A stretch of DNA of 64,000 nucleotides, from NCBI GenBank assembly GCA_951406725.2, contig OX597814.1, positions 73,718,001 to 73,782,000 of the forward strand, read 5' to 3'. The notes beneath the pieces were generated by a model that saw nothing but the letters and a program-made list of their open reading frames with translations, was not told the DNA's origin and did not search any database. This document shows positions 24,361-37,430 of the stretch, one piece after another; positions within the stretch are counted from its first letter, which is position 1; each line of letters starts with the position of its first letter. The DNA comes from Octopus vulgaris (taxonomy: Eukaryota). The translations under genes and the position numbers were made by a program.

Positions 24361-25580
24361 AGCAGTAGAACAACGAAACTTGGCACAGTTTCTTTTTCTA
24401 CATAGGAACCACCCAGAGTTACGCATTTTCCCCATCGTTTGATGCAGCTCTGGAGACCGTTTTTGTAGACGACCCCAACTTGGTCCTCCAACCACGATGT
24501 GTCTTCAGAAATCAAGGCTGCATCATCTGGGAAACGCTTTCCTTTCAAAAACAACTTCATGGCTGCGAAGAGGTGAAAAATCAGAGGGTGCAAGGTCAGG
24601 AGAGTAGGGGGGATGGGGGAGGAGTTCATAGCCGCACGCCTGTGTTTCTGATCTGGCGACAAGCGAGTTGTGGACCGGAGCGTTGTCCTGCAGGAGGAGG
24701 ATGCCTTTGCTGATCTTGCCCCGCCTCTTGATTTTGATAGCTTCTCTTAATTTCCTCAAAAGTGAAGCATAGTAGGCTCCTGTAATTGTGGTACCCTTTG
24801 CCAGGAAATCTATCATCACTACTCCGTCCTGGTCCCAGAAGACTGTGAGCATGACCTTGCCAGCGGAGGGCTGCGCCCTTGCCTTCTTTGGAGGAGGTGA
24901 GTCACAGTGCTTCCACTGCATTGACTGGGCTTTGGTCTCTGGATCATAGTGATGGACCCAGGTTTCATCCTGTGTAATCAGTCTTTTGAAACATTTTGAC
25001 TCATCTTCTTGGCAGATCTCCAAATTCATCCTCGAGCACTCAACGCGTTCTTGCTTCTGGAAAGGTGTGAGCAACCTGGGAATCCATCTGGCAGACGCCT
25101 TTTGCATATGCAAATGGTCATGAATGATAGTGACCTCATGGGCTATTTGGCGAATAGTTATGCATCGATCTTCCAAAATAGCAGCCTCAACTTGACGGAC
25201 TGATGCCTCATCAATGGCAGAAGGGGGGCAACCAGATCTGGGAGCTGTTTCCACAGAGTTCCGACCATGTTTGAATTCACGATGCCAGCGTTTTACAAGG
25301 TCATATGATGGGGCATCATCACCATAAGTTACTTTCATTTCATCAAAAGTCTCCCGTGGTGTGCGTCCTTTCAAATACAAAAATCGGATCACTGCTCGAC
25401 ACTCAACAGGCTCCATTTCACACTTGACTCAGTTCAAACACCTGTAAATCAAAAACCACAACTTTATCAGAGCTGTAATTTGCCACTTAATCTATAGAGA
25501 TACGAATAATTGCACATGCAAAAAAGCTAGATCAAACAAATGCAAGTGGGTCAGGGGCATTACTTATTGAAAGTCCCTCG
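24361..25580 (-). mobile_element. Mariner (irritans-like subfamily, DD34D) with near-intact transposase; 3' TIR lost
   Basis: ORF 24523..25416: WIPRLL, ITQDETWVHHY, LLQDNAPVH, YSPDLAPSDF then a frameshift. 5' TIR CGAGGGACTTTCAATAAGTAATGCCCCTGACCCAC next to TA at 25581-25582. Confidence 0.95.
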
Positions 25581-26321
25581 TATATAGGATCGTGGGTAAG
25601 GCCAAAACAATGCGAAGTAAATGCAAGGTAAATCACAAGAAAAGAAATATGTGAATTAATGTTGACTTACCTTGTATTCAATATTTTGGGGTTATGACTC
25701 CATTTTCAAGACATAGACGAATGTTACCAATGTGCGTGTGTGTGAGCGTGAATGGAGTGGACATGAGCGGAAAAGTTTTGCTATAGCAACCAGCTAGCTT
25801 CCTGTAACTCTCTTCTGTTGTTGATCTTGGGTTTCTTTGGTTTTCTATACATATATATGTATATTTATAACAAACATATACATATATACATACATTCATA
25901 CATACATACACACGACACAGTAACACTTTGTCGGTTTTTATAATGATAAACATAATCACAGATATCTACAAAGACACACACACACACACACGAATACATA
26001 TACTCACATACTAAACGAAAGCCTCGGATTATCTGAACAAAAACTTTAGCTTGCATAAATATTTCATTAATCATTCTGTATGTTTCCATGAGCTTACGAC
26101 GACTGCAATTTCCAATTGCATTACTAAAGTGCACGTAAAAATGTTTGATGTTAATCGGTCATTTCAAAGTGCTAATAATAATTTTAAAACATTGAAGCAA
26201 CGATCATGTTAAAGAATTTAAGGCATGACAAAATCAGTTACGTTTCATTCAATACGTATCTTTTACAACTATTCAAGTTCACTGTTGCTACGATGTTTGT
26301 GAAGAGAAAGTGCAAACGACA

Positions 26322-26443
26322 CGGGCGTGACTGAGTGGTTAACAAGCTTGCCTCCCAACCATGTGGCCTTCTGCTATAGCGTCGGGTCGACTTTGGCCTT
26401 TTGAGTGAATTTCGTAAACGGAAACTATGAGGAGCCCGTCGTA
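26322..26443 (+). mobile_element. Degenerate 5' half of SINE S1
   Basis: GGCGTGACTGAGTGGTTAACAAGCTTGC...ACGGAAACT...GAGCCCGTCGTA, followed by (TACA)n. Confidence 0.65.
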
Positions 26444-26473
26444 TACATACATACATACATACATACATACATA

Positions 26474-27364
26474 ACTGTTTCCCCTATATCTGATGAGGAA
26501 GGTTACGGGTATCTAGGGGTGGATGAAAACATATCTTACAGTGGCACCTGTAACAAAACACGTGTCATCAAGGAATATTACAGCCGAATAAAGAAAATTT
26601 GGACCTCGGAACTCTCTGCATTCTATAAAACAGTGGCCCACAATGTGTTTGCAGTGCCAGTACTCATATCAACTTTTGGGCTGTTTGGTGAAAACAAGCA
26701 CACGTTATTGCCACATCAACAGTAACGCAGACCACCTCTACCTAAAACGAAAATAAGGCGGCAAAAGCTTAATAACGATCCATACTGCTTTTGAATATCG
26801 TATCATTTCCCTTCGGCAACATCTTTTAACCACTAAGCGTTGAAGTGCATCCCTTGGCCAAATTAGTATACGTGAGATTGATAACATCATAAGACTGGGA
26901 AGGCAGCTTTTTGAACAGTATTCGTTGTCTGATAAGCTATAGCTACTCGTAATAAAAATTGGAATATCCCACTGAAAACCTCAATAAAATGTAAACACAA
27001 TAGACTTGATATGATTTCGAATAGAAATTGTGTATAGTTGTGGAAATCAGCGGACGTTAACATAAAGCTGAAGATCACCTATACTGAACTATTGAGGAAT
27101 CTACAGCTACTCTATCCAGATTACAAGTTCAGGTTTATACTGTATTTATTACGGCACTGGGATGTGTAACACTGACTAAATACTAATCTTGTGAAATTAG
27201 GCTTCTCAAAACCAGAAAGGAGAAAACTGATTCGTAGACTATAGATCAAAGCCATCTCAACCTTCTAGAAATTTCTTATCTAAGTATATATAAGCATGGT
27301 TAGATATGCATGAAAATACATACATAAAACAAAGGATACAAATCTGTACGTATACATACATACA
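26474..27364 (+). mobile_element. R4/Dong-like LINE (family E), TACA-tailed, internally deleted copy 1
   Basis: YGYLGVDE...KEYYSRIKKIWTSELS...FAVPVL; RLE remnant; 3' UTR ends in (TACA)n; starts right after (TACA)n. Confidence 0.8.
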
Positions 27365-28330
27365 GCTCCTTAAGCAGCAAGCCTTGTCTGATAACCTTAG
27401 ATACATGCCAAAAAAGTCGCTCCTCTCTACAGTAACGTACCATCAGATAAAAGGATGAGTGTATATGAGTAGAAGACCATGCATGGACCAACAACCGCGT
27501 CACAACCTCTCACTTTGAAGGGTATGCGTTTGCAATTCAGGAAAAGGGAAGATCAACCAAATACCCGATGCACAAAAGGGACAGAGATACAAGAAAAGCA
27601 GTAAACTATGACAACCAATGCAGATTTTGCGGGGCTAACACTGTAGATATCATTCACATCATAAGCAGTTGTCCGAATATGTCAACACAGTATTATCAAC
27701 CAACTGGATATGATGTTGTAGCTAGGACACTATATAATGAAATCGGTCGGAAGGACAAACCCTGGGACAAAGAAATAAGAACCTACAGTATGGTAGAAGC
27801 CATAGCCACTCATAATAAAAAGGAGTACTGGTGGAATGTCTCAGTGGAAACCTTAATAAAATGTAAGCACAACAGACCTAGTATAACAATTTGGGATAGA
27901 GGAGAGAAATTGTGTACAGTTGTGGCAATTAGCTACCCAGGGGTAAGTTAACATAAAGCTGAAGATCAGTGAAAAAGAAAATACCTACGCTGGACTATTG
28001 AGATCTCTGCAGTTACTCTATCCAAATTACAAGTTCAGATTTATACTTGTAATTATTGGGGCCTTGGGATATGTAACACACTGCCTTAATACCAATCTTG
28101 AGAAATTAGGCTTCTCAAAACCAGAAAGAAGAAAGCTGATTCGAAGACTACAGATCCAAACCATCACTGGAACTGTAAAAATCTGTACAGCTTTCCAGAA
28201 GTTTATCATTTAAGAATATATGAGCATGTCTAGATACGCAAATATATGCATAAGAAGACATACATAAAACAAAGTATACAAATCTGCACGTATACATACA
28301 ATACAATACATACATGCACAAAAACACGCA
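27365..28330 (+). mobile_element. R4/Dong-like LINE (family E), 5'-truncated copy 2
   Basis: EGYAFAIQE, CRFCG...IHIISSC, HNRPSITIWD, FILVIIGALG; same 3' UTR as copy 1; followed by (CATA)n to 28404. Confidence 0.85.
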
Positions 28331-28404
28331 CACATACATACATACATACATACATACATACATACATACATACATACATACATACATACATACATACATA
28401 CATA

Positions 28405-28510
28405 CCCTGTTGGTAGTGTTGAAATTCCAATGAAGGAGCTTTGGATCTAGGTTAGAAACCGGCTCTTTCACTATTAGCTAGAAATTTCGAAATAAAATTG
28501 AATAATGACC
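28405..28510 (+). repeat. ~105-bp TACA-flanked module (second copy at ~61152-61255)
   Basis: CCTGTTG...GTTGAAATTCCAAT.AAGGAGC...TCTAGGTTAGAAACCGG...GAAATAAA.TGAATAAT in both copies. Confidence 0.75.
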
Positions 28511-28685
28511 TACATATATACATGCATATGTGTGTGTATGTGTTCGTGTGTGTGTGTTTGTATTTATGTATGGATATATATATATACATATATATACCTA
28601 TTATATACATTATATTATTCTTGTAATTTACTTAATCTTTACTTTTTAACTGTTATTTTAATTTTAACTTTTCTATTACTCTTTC

Positions 28686-29027
28686 TCTCTTTTACTCTTT
28701 TACTTGTTTCAGTCATTTGACTGCGGCCAGGCTGGAGCACCGCCTTTAATCGAGCAACTCGACCCCAGGACTTATTCTTTGTAAGCCACGTACTTATTCT
28801 ATCGGTCTCTTTTGCCGAACCGCTAAGTGACGGGGACATAAACACACCAGCATCCGTTGTCAAGCAATGCTAGGGGGACAAACACAGACACACAAACATA
28901 CACGCACACATATACATATACATATATACGACGGGCTTCTTTCAGTTTCCGTCTACCAAGTCCACTCACAAGGCTTTGGTCGGCCCGGGGCTATAGCAGA
29001 AGACACTTGCCCAAGGTGCCACGCAGT
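28686..29027 (-). mobile_element. SINE S1, 5'-truncated
   Basis: Reverse complement of S1 body and tail, with internal CA/TA tract. Confidence 0.88.
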
Positions 29028-29210
29028 AATACTTGCATATGTAATTACATATATGTAATTTTCTAGATGGTGTAATTTAATTATTCATTTTGAATTGATA
29101 AAAGGTGTTTTTTTTTCTAATATTTTATATTATATTGTGTGGAATTTGATTTAGTATTTCTAAATTGAATTCTTTTTCCTTGTAAGTTTGGATTTTATTC
29201 CCTCAAATAA

Positions 29211-29291
<81 letters not shown>

Positions 29292-29364
29292 ATGTATATA
29301 TATATGTATGTATATGCATGTATATGTATAAACATGAATATACATATGTATATATATATGTATG

Positions 29365-29395
<31 letters not shown>

Positions 29396-29409
29396 ATAAG
29401 CTTATATGT

Positions 29410-29545
29410 ATGTGTGTCTTTGTGTTTGCCCTTCATTACCACCTTTTGACAATTGCTGCTGGTTTGTTTACGGCCACGTAACTTAGCTGTTCGGCAAAAA
29501 AGTGGATCCATAGAATAAGTACTAGGCTTAAAAAATACAAATAGA
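29410..29545 (+). mobile_element. SINE S1 3' fragment after (TA)n/(TG)n tracts
   Basis: TTTGCCC...GTAACTTAGC..TTCGGCAAAA...ATAGAATAAGTACTAGGCTTA. Confidence 0.7.
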
Positions 29546-29689
29546 ATCATTGACAATCAAATAGAGAAGCGAGATTTTACAGCATTATCGTAAAATAATG
29601 ACCGGGCTCCATTTCAAAGAATTCCATTTACATGAGCTTAGCGTCTTCGACCAAGTATGTGACTTCCCTGTACATGTACGCTAAACTAT

Positions 29690-29955
29690 ATTTTCACAAC
29701 CGTCAGAGCGCAAAGCGCTTCTCGCAGTTGCACGTTCGTGAGATGTTTGTAATGTGTAACAGTGTTGAGTAATAACCGGAGAGAAAAGTATGAATACGCA
29801 ATGCGCATGTGCACACGGAATTCGTAAAGCGGAAGAGAAGAATAACGCAATATCAAACAAGTTGATGGTCTGAATGCTACGTCTGACACCTCTATCGCGC
29901 TGCTTTTCTGCAATTTTTTGTTTGTTGTTACGTCATATTTTCTGGAATTTCCAGT
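29690..29955. promoter_or_regulatory. CpG-enriched non-repetitive patch with clustered TF-site-like motifs
   Basis: TGCGCATGTGCA (NRF1-like) 29802-29813, GCGGAAG (ETS-like) 29829-29835, TTACGTCA (CRE-like) 29928-29935, GGAATTTCC (kB-like) 29944-29952. Confidence 0.35.
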
Positions 29956-30253
29956 ATCATACTTTTGTGATTTAAATGAGATAGCGTAATTTTTACATGC
30001 AAAATAATGTATAAATGTAAGTGTATAACATTTTATCGATTAGATGAAAAACACTCTAAACAATTTTTTGTACATGATTATGTTCAGTGTTGCTTCCATG
30101 GTTTATGATCAGATCAGTTAATAAAAAAAATACTTGGAATAAGAATTCATCTGTTTTTCACATAGAGATCTTTATACGACTTTTGGACTGTAATCGAACA
30201 CATGATGTTCTAAACATTCGTTATATACCATGATCGATATATCACACTGCGCG

Positions 30254-30265
30254 CACACACACTCA

Positions 30266-30342
<77 letters not shown>

Positions 30343-30400
30343 TCACACACACACACACACTCACTCACTCACACACACACATACACACACACACACACAG
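30254..30400. repeat. (CA)n microsatellite
   Basis: Directly visible. Confidence 0.95.
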
Positions 30401-30808
30401 ATCCCACACAGATATACATATGTCCCTCACACATATACCACACACACATGCGCGTGTGCGTGTGCATACATACAATGGGTTTCTGCATCATTTCTGTCTT
30501 CCAACTTCCACTTATAATATACTGGTTGACCCGAGGCTTCAATGACAATTACCCAAGGTGCCCAGTAAGATTCTTGGCATCGCTTACTTGTGAAACTAAC
30601 TTCCAAGCACACAGTCGCGTCCTTACTTCACTGTGTGTATATGTGTATGTGTGTGTGTGTGTGTGTGTGCGCGCGTGCATGCGTGCGTACGTGCGTGCGT
30701 GCGTGCGTACGTGCGTGCGTGCGTGCGTGCGTGCGTGAGAGTGTGCATGAGTGTGTATGAACGTGTCCTTTCTGTGTTTAGCCCATTGTGGGTAGTAAAG
30801 AAATATGT

Positions 30809-30970
30809 ATTTCGTCTATCTTTACTTTCTGAGTTCAAATTCCGCCGAGGTCGGCTTTGCCTTCATCCTTTCGGGGTCGATGAAATAAGTACCAGTTGCA
30901 TACTGGAGTCGATCTAATCGACTGGCCCCTCCCCCAAAATTTCGGGGCTTGTGCCTAGAGTAGCAAAGAA
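30809..30970 (+). mobile_element. SINE S2, 5'-truncated
   Basis: GAGTTCAAATTCCGCCGAGGTCG...TCATCCTTTCGGGGTCGAT...AAGTACCAG. Confidence 0.85.
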
Positions 30971-30999
30971 TATACCAGCTATGTACTGGACTTGATTTT

Positions 31000-31058
<59 letters not shown>

Positions 31059-32145
31059 ACTTTCTTTTGGAACCGACTACATCGCACTGTAAGAAAAAAT
31101 CCAAGCAGTACTTTCACAGCATCTCTCTCCCCAGCAAAGAGAAGCGATTTCACATTGAACAATTGATATGCGACTAAGACCATTCAAGAATAGAGTTGCG
31201 TGCGTTACAACAAAGAAAGGAAATAAATGTTAGAATATAATCAGAGCTAGTCACTGAGCTGAAGGAAACGAAACACCCAGAGACGGAATATATATGAATA
31301 TATGAATATAGACAGAACAAAAATGATACATTTGTTTTAGAATCTGATCAAACAATGAGAAAGTATTCATTACCTGTCTCATTTAGATAATCGGGAGTAT
31401 TCAGTTTTCGTTATCTCTCTGTGGTGCCTTTTGGACTGTTTTGATTAACCATATGTTATATACTTGATGCATTAAGATTATTACCCATAAAATCTGATAT
31501 CCTCGAGATCAGACTAAAGAAGTACTATAATATAATTAAGATTTATAGTTAGAACTAATTAAAGATATATTTCTCATGAAATGTTATATTTTAATGAGAG
31601 CATAATTTCATGACATATTACATTTCTCAAAATCTTACTTTCTATTAGCCAATGATATTTCAAAGTAAGAAACTGCCATTTGTTAGAACAACCTAATTTT
31701 ACAAGGAAATTGAAAATCAACCTCAGGACATTTTTACATATCTAGTGGTTCTTTCTTTATTTCTTTGTACATAATTTTCTTTTTTTTTTCTATTATACCA
31801 CGAAGACTAGACAATAATAAAAAAAGGAAAGCAGCTTAACTGAATGGAGTTAGCAGTATTTAGTTTCAATCGAGATATCACTATTTAAAGAGATATGTAG
31901 GTGAACCTGGGTTATCAGATTTATCGTGTAAAACAGGAAAAGCGATTCTGTAATGGTTAATTCAAAATGGTGTTACGTTGGCAGTAGGTGAAATATATTG
32001 GCTTACGCGTGGTTTTTTACCTCTGCAACAATATTTCAAGACCAGAAGTTTCTAATAAAAAAGGAAAGCTTAAATATCGATGTGGAGGTCTTACAATTTA
32101 GTAACAGGGAAAGAATGCGATATTCTAAATATCGAATATATATAT

Positions 32146-32243
<98 letters not shown>

Positions 32244-32301
32244 GTACTTTTCCTGGTTTATAATCTTAAGAATATTATTTCTCTTACTCACATTTTTCTA
32301 T

Positions 32302-32345
<44 letters not shown>

Positions 32346-32558
32346 ATTACTACTATCACTGCCGCTCCAGCTGCTGACAATGATATTGCTGCTGCTACAA
32401 CTACTGGGGCTGCTGCTGCTAATGATGATAAATGAAGCCCCTATATGAAAATTAGTGGTTAAATCTTTTATTTAAATTTTTTTATTTTATCTTCTATTTT
32501 TTAAATTTTATTTATTTATTTATTTAATTTTTTTAAAAATGAAAACTTAATAATAATA

Positions 32559-34441
32559 CTTGAAAAGAAAATTTCTAACAGTACACCGAATCGCTTGTCC
32601 AATGGTTATAAAGGAAGCACGCCCCTCAGGAGGCTGCCAGCCTGCTGGCGAAAAATTTTCAAATGGCAGAATATCTTCCCCGAATACGAACCTGGAAGGT
32701 CACTTAAACGGGATTTGTCCCAAATTAAGCCCCCAAAGTTCACCACCACAACGACCAGAAAATCAAAAAAGTAAAAGAACTAAATGGAACCGGGAAGAAT
32801 ATAAAGAAGTAATATATGCTTATTACTTTGCATTAAGTAGGCCAACTCCTACAGAATTTGGAGGAGCCGGAATCCAGCTAGCAGATCAAACCTTGATGAA
32901 AACAGATTAGCAAATGTTAGAAGAGATATCTTCAGAAATACCAGACTCACAGATGCAGAATTAACCTCTATTAAAAAAGTGGTAGAGAATGACCTAAATG
33001 TAAGTCAGGAAAGAAATAACGAAGCTGAGGAGAGGAATGTTGGGCCACACGCATTGACTTAAAGGCGACCATCTGCCGAATCGACTCAAGATCCTGAAGA
33101 AGAAGGAAAATATGACCCCAGAAAAAACAGCCAGGAAAATGATGTCGAAACAGAATTTGAAAATCACATGTTTGTTGAACAACACAGAAAATCTATCATT
33201 GAAATGAAGCAAGAAGTTCTGAATGAGCTTGCAGTTGTAGGGCATACAACTATGAATGGTAGGGAACCACTCCATAAACTCTCAAATGCACACCAACATA
33301 AAACACAAATAAAAATTGGCAACTACATTACACAAGAAATCATACAACAACTAAAACCCGATCTTAATAAATTAAATGAAATTATTTACTCTGTCGCTAA
33401 GGTAATCGAAAGACGCTGTTTAACACCCAAAAAGCCAACAATACCAAATTCGAAAAGAAAATCAAACTGGAGGAGTAGAATGATGAAGAGCTTGAAGGAT
33501 TATTACATACAGTGAAAGGATTCAGTGATGATATCGGGATGGAGTTTGGCCTTGAAAAGTGTGCCAAAGCCACTTTTAAGAAAGCGAAATTGGTAAAGCC
33601 TAGTTCAATCGAATTAGATGTCGAAATAGTAATAAAGGAACTTGAGCAGGAACAAACCTATAAATACCTAGGAATAAATGAAGGCTCTGGTATCCAGCAT
33701 GCAAGCATGAAAGAGAAGGTTAGGAAAGAATGTTATAGAAGAGTCCGAGCAGTCCTGAAGTCTGAGCTGAATGCATATAATAAGGTTTTAGCCATAAATT
33801 CCTTAGCAGTACCAGTTGTTCTCTATAGCTTCAATGTGCTTAACTGGAATACTAGTGAAATAATGAAAATTGACAGGAAAATCCGCGAACTACTGACTTG
33901 TAATAAGATGCACCATCCAAAGGCAAAGCGTGGATCGCCTTTACCTTCCCAGAGGTCAGGGAGGTCGAGGTTTGATCCAGCTTGAACTTACATACAAAAC
34001 CACCACAATCGGACTGGCCAAATACCTTGAAGCAACCAACGATTGGTTGCTAAAACTTGTTGAAAAACATGAAAGACCTAAAAAACTTCACTCTATTCTC
34101 AAAGAGAGCAAGAAATTCGCTGCTGATATCTTAGATACCCACCAGATTGAGCAGGCTGAAGGAAATGCGCCAACTGCAGCTGCAAAGAAAATAAAATTAA
34201 TTGCAAAGCCAAAAGCACATGAAAATTTAGCTAGCAGATGGGAACAGAAACCTCTCCATGGGAAGTATGTGGCCCGTAGCAAACAAGCTGATGTCGACCA
34301 GAAACACACGCACCAATGGTTACGAAGTTCAGGGCTAAAAGCAGAGAGTGAAGGTTTCATATTAGCTGCTCAAGACCAAAGCTTATTTACCCGGAACTAC
34401 CAAGCCAATGTGATGAAAAATGGAGCTGACCCAAAATGCAC
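32559..34441 (+). mobile_element. R4/Dong-clade LINE (family G) with N-terminal domain and large internal deletion across RT
   Basis: Starts after TAATAATAAT. RTKWNREEYKEVIYAYY, RLANVRRDI, then NWRSRM joined to DEELEGLLHTVKGFSDDIGMEFGLEKCAK; GGRGL; WLRSSGLKAESEGFILAAQDQ; cut at ADPKC. Confidence 0.9.
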
Positions 34442-35239
34442 TGAACAAAAGCTAGACAGCAATTGATGCTCTGCTGCGAATACTCCCAGCTTGTTGACAG
34501 CCGTTGTTGTTGGCTTGCGTGTTCGTTACATGAGACACAGTTCGTCACCCGCGACATTGTATGTTCGAAAAAGTATTCATAAACCGATTTGTTCGTGATG
34601 AGAGCTGTTCATAATCCGAGATTCCACTGCATATTAAAAAAATTCCAGGAACAAGAAAGGGTAAAACAGAAATATAAGGTGATGCGTTTTACTCCGTAAG
34701 GAAGAAGCAAAGAATTCGACATTTGATGGGTGGTCTTTCATCAAGAAGAAAAGTAAGAGAGAACTGTAGAAGCAATAGAGACCGCATAGTCAATATATAA
34801 AATTAAGGACAGACGTGGACAGAAGAAAGTTAGTGTTTTTCAACCGGAAATGCGATTTTAATCAAGAGAGATAGTGTGCGAGGATGTTTGATGTGTAAGG
34901 CAGACAGAGAAAGAGTATCTCTATGAGCATGTCATCTTTTATTGAGTCAAGAAAGATATGACGCAAAAATGTACCTTCTGTGTATGTGCGTGCGCGAGCG
35001 TGTGCATGGATAAGTGTATACATATGAGTGCGCAATATGTAGCACGTTGTGTGAGTGAGTATGGATCTGTGCATCCCCCTGTGTAAGCGATGGGAATAAC
35101 TCTTAATTCTAAATGTGTGTGATAGAGTAGTAGGGTGTTTGCATGCGTGTGTGTACACAAGAAAAGTGAGGGGATTGCGAAGTACGCTACGGAGTATTTT
35201 TCAGTGAACAGTGGTGTTTTAGACAGAGTCAATTTTACT

Positions 35240-36330
35240 AAAAGTAATCAAGATGATTATTAATTCCTGTAGGGTGCGAACTCCACTGCCCTCCCTTTTC
35301 CAAAGAGCTCCATCACTAGGTTACTTAGGTGATGGTAGGAACCAGGGCATGCCCTATATACAAATCTGTTTGTTGCACAGGTTAAAATTCATATTATCAG
35401 CCACTCCAGAACTATACACTCGCTATATCAATGACGGTTTCAATGCTACCTCTCTTACCTGTAAACAGTTCAACTACTTTTGTCAATAATTGCACCTCTC
35501 ATTTTCCTAATCATATCCGTATGATTTGTCGCGTACAAGTCCACTAAGTCCCGCATTTTAACCTCATCTCACCTCAATCATATTTCATGTGATATCTCCT
35601 ACTCACTGTACTTTTATCCCCGCCACTTCTGTAGCTACGATTCCAAATCCGATATCCAGTCGCACCAAATGGTTCAGTACTTTCCAACACATGTTTACCT
35701 CTAACCAGTTATTGACGACATCACATGCCGTCGCACCCACCCAGTTGATTATACTTCACCTTCACGCTTCATATCCCTACCACTAACCGCCTTTCTTTAC
35801 CTTTCACCTACCAATCGACCATCTTTGACGTACCTTCCTTTTGCATTTCTGTCTCTTCCAACTAAACTCTGTTGCTCCTCAGATCCCCGCTGAACACTCA
35901 CTCTCTTTCATCTGCTACTGCAATGTCTATGATCTCCAAGTACAGTTTTCTCAACTGTCATCACCATACTTAACCATAATCCTTGTTTTTTTGCTTCTTC
36001 CTGCAGCACATTTCTCTTTATCCCCAAAGTCAGCACCTTTTGCAGGTCAAATTCCTGCCTCCATGTCGTCGGGAGGTTTACTTATACCATCAAGAATAAC
36101 ATTTACTGCGTTCATGCTAACTTTGTGACCTTAAAAAAAAACAATCGCATAAGAGAAAACCGTTTTACAGAGCATCTTTTGGATGCCTCGCGAAAGAACA
36201 CTACATTTCCTCCAGCTGAATTTCCATTCTCCTGGTTATAACTAACTGAGCTGTTGTTTATAATCATGAATTAACCATTTTCACTGAGAACAGCAGCTAA
36301 CCTTCACATCACTGGAATTATTTATTAATT
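35240..36330 (+). mobile_element. Decayed Penelope-like element (RT + GIY-YIG)
   Basis: VMVGTR...YTNLFVA; PELYTRYINDGF (YIDD-like motif); YKSTKS...SSH; NIYCVH...ENRFTEHL. Confidence 0.65.
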
Positions 36331-37289
36331 TGTTTCTGTTTAGTAAAACTGCCTCACCCTGAACAAACACACAAACTAAACGCGCTTGCATACCATCTCC
36401 CTGATTTGCAAAACATTTTCGGGCTGAAAACACCATCCTGATCCACCCACTCCCGCCCTTCACGTTATCCATTTATCATGTAATTTTTAACATAAAACAT
36501 TCCTTTCATGGAGCTCTCTTCTTTGTTTTTAATACACGTTGGCGCTATTCTGCTTTTCCCTTACTACTTAAAATTAATTGTCTTATACTTTTGATTTATT
36601 ATTTTTTGTTAGAACATTTTCGATGCCATTACCACAAACTGATGCCGTACTCGTCGATGCTTACAAAAGCCCTATGTAAATGGATTTAATATGAACATAT
36701 CAACAGCATACTAAATGATAAATATTTGCTCTAACTGATATTTAGACCCGAGATATTTCTTTCTTTCCTAGTGCGGTGTGTGTATATAAATCCATTTAAA
36801 ATGTATTAACCCAACTGTTTTGCCAGGATCTCTCGTATACATCAAACCTATGGCTTGAAAATCCTCTAACTGATATCCCAAGATTTATGGCTGATATAAT
36901 TGTTCCCTTCTGATCTCATCTGTGTATATAAATCCATTTAGTGAATGCTAAAAATCAATTTTCTTGAATATTGACAACGTACAAATATGCTTCTATTGTT
37001 CTGTGACAAACATTTCTCAAGAATGGACAACCATATAAAACTGTATTTGAGGAAACATGAAGAATACAAGTGTAAAAATTATATAAAATATAAAAACTAT
37101 ATGTAGCAAGAGTATACAAAGACAATTGTTTTAAAAATTTGATTGCGTTGGAAAGTATTTGTTTCTCATTGGAAAGGAAAATCAACTGTACGGAGACATA
37201 GACGAAGAACTGCTGGACAGTTCTTGTCTTCTATTATAACTTATTCGGATTTGTTTTTTTATTGAAATATTATATCAACTCTAGTTCCT

Positions 37290-37430
37290 GCTTGTTACTT
37301 CTATTTATATACTCCGAAAGAGGTGAAAGGAAAAGTTGACCTCAGTCGGCTATGAGATTAGAAAGTAAGGTGTTGTAATTCATTACTGCAGATATTTTGT
37401 CCGACCCTTTAATGATTCTGCTGAGCCATT
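37290..37430 (-). mobile_element. Degenerate SINE S2
   Basis: CCGAAAG.GGTGAAAGG.AAAGTTGACCTC...TAATGATTCTGC. Confidence 0.55.
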
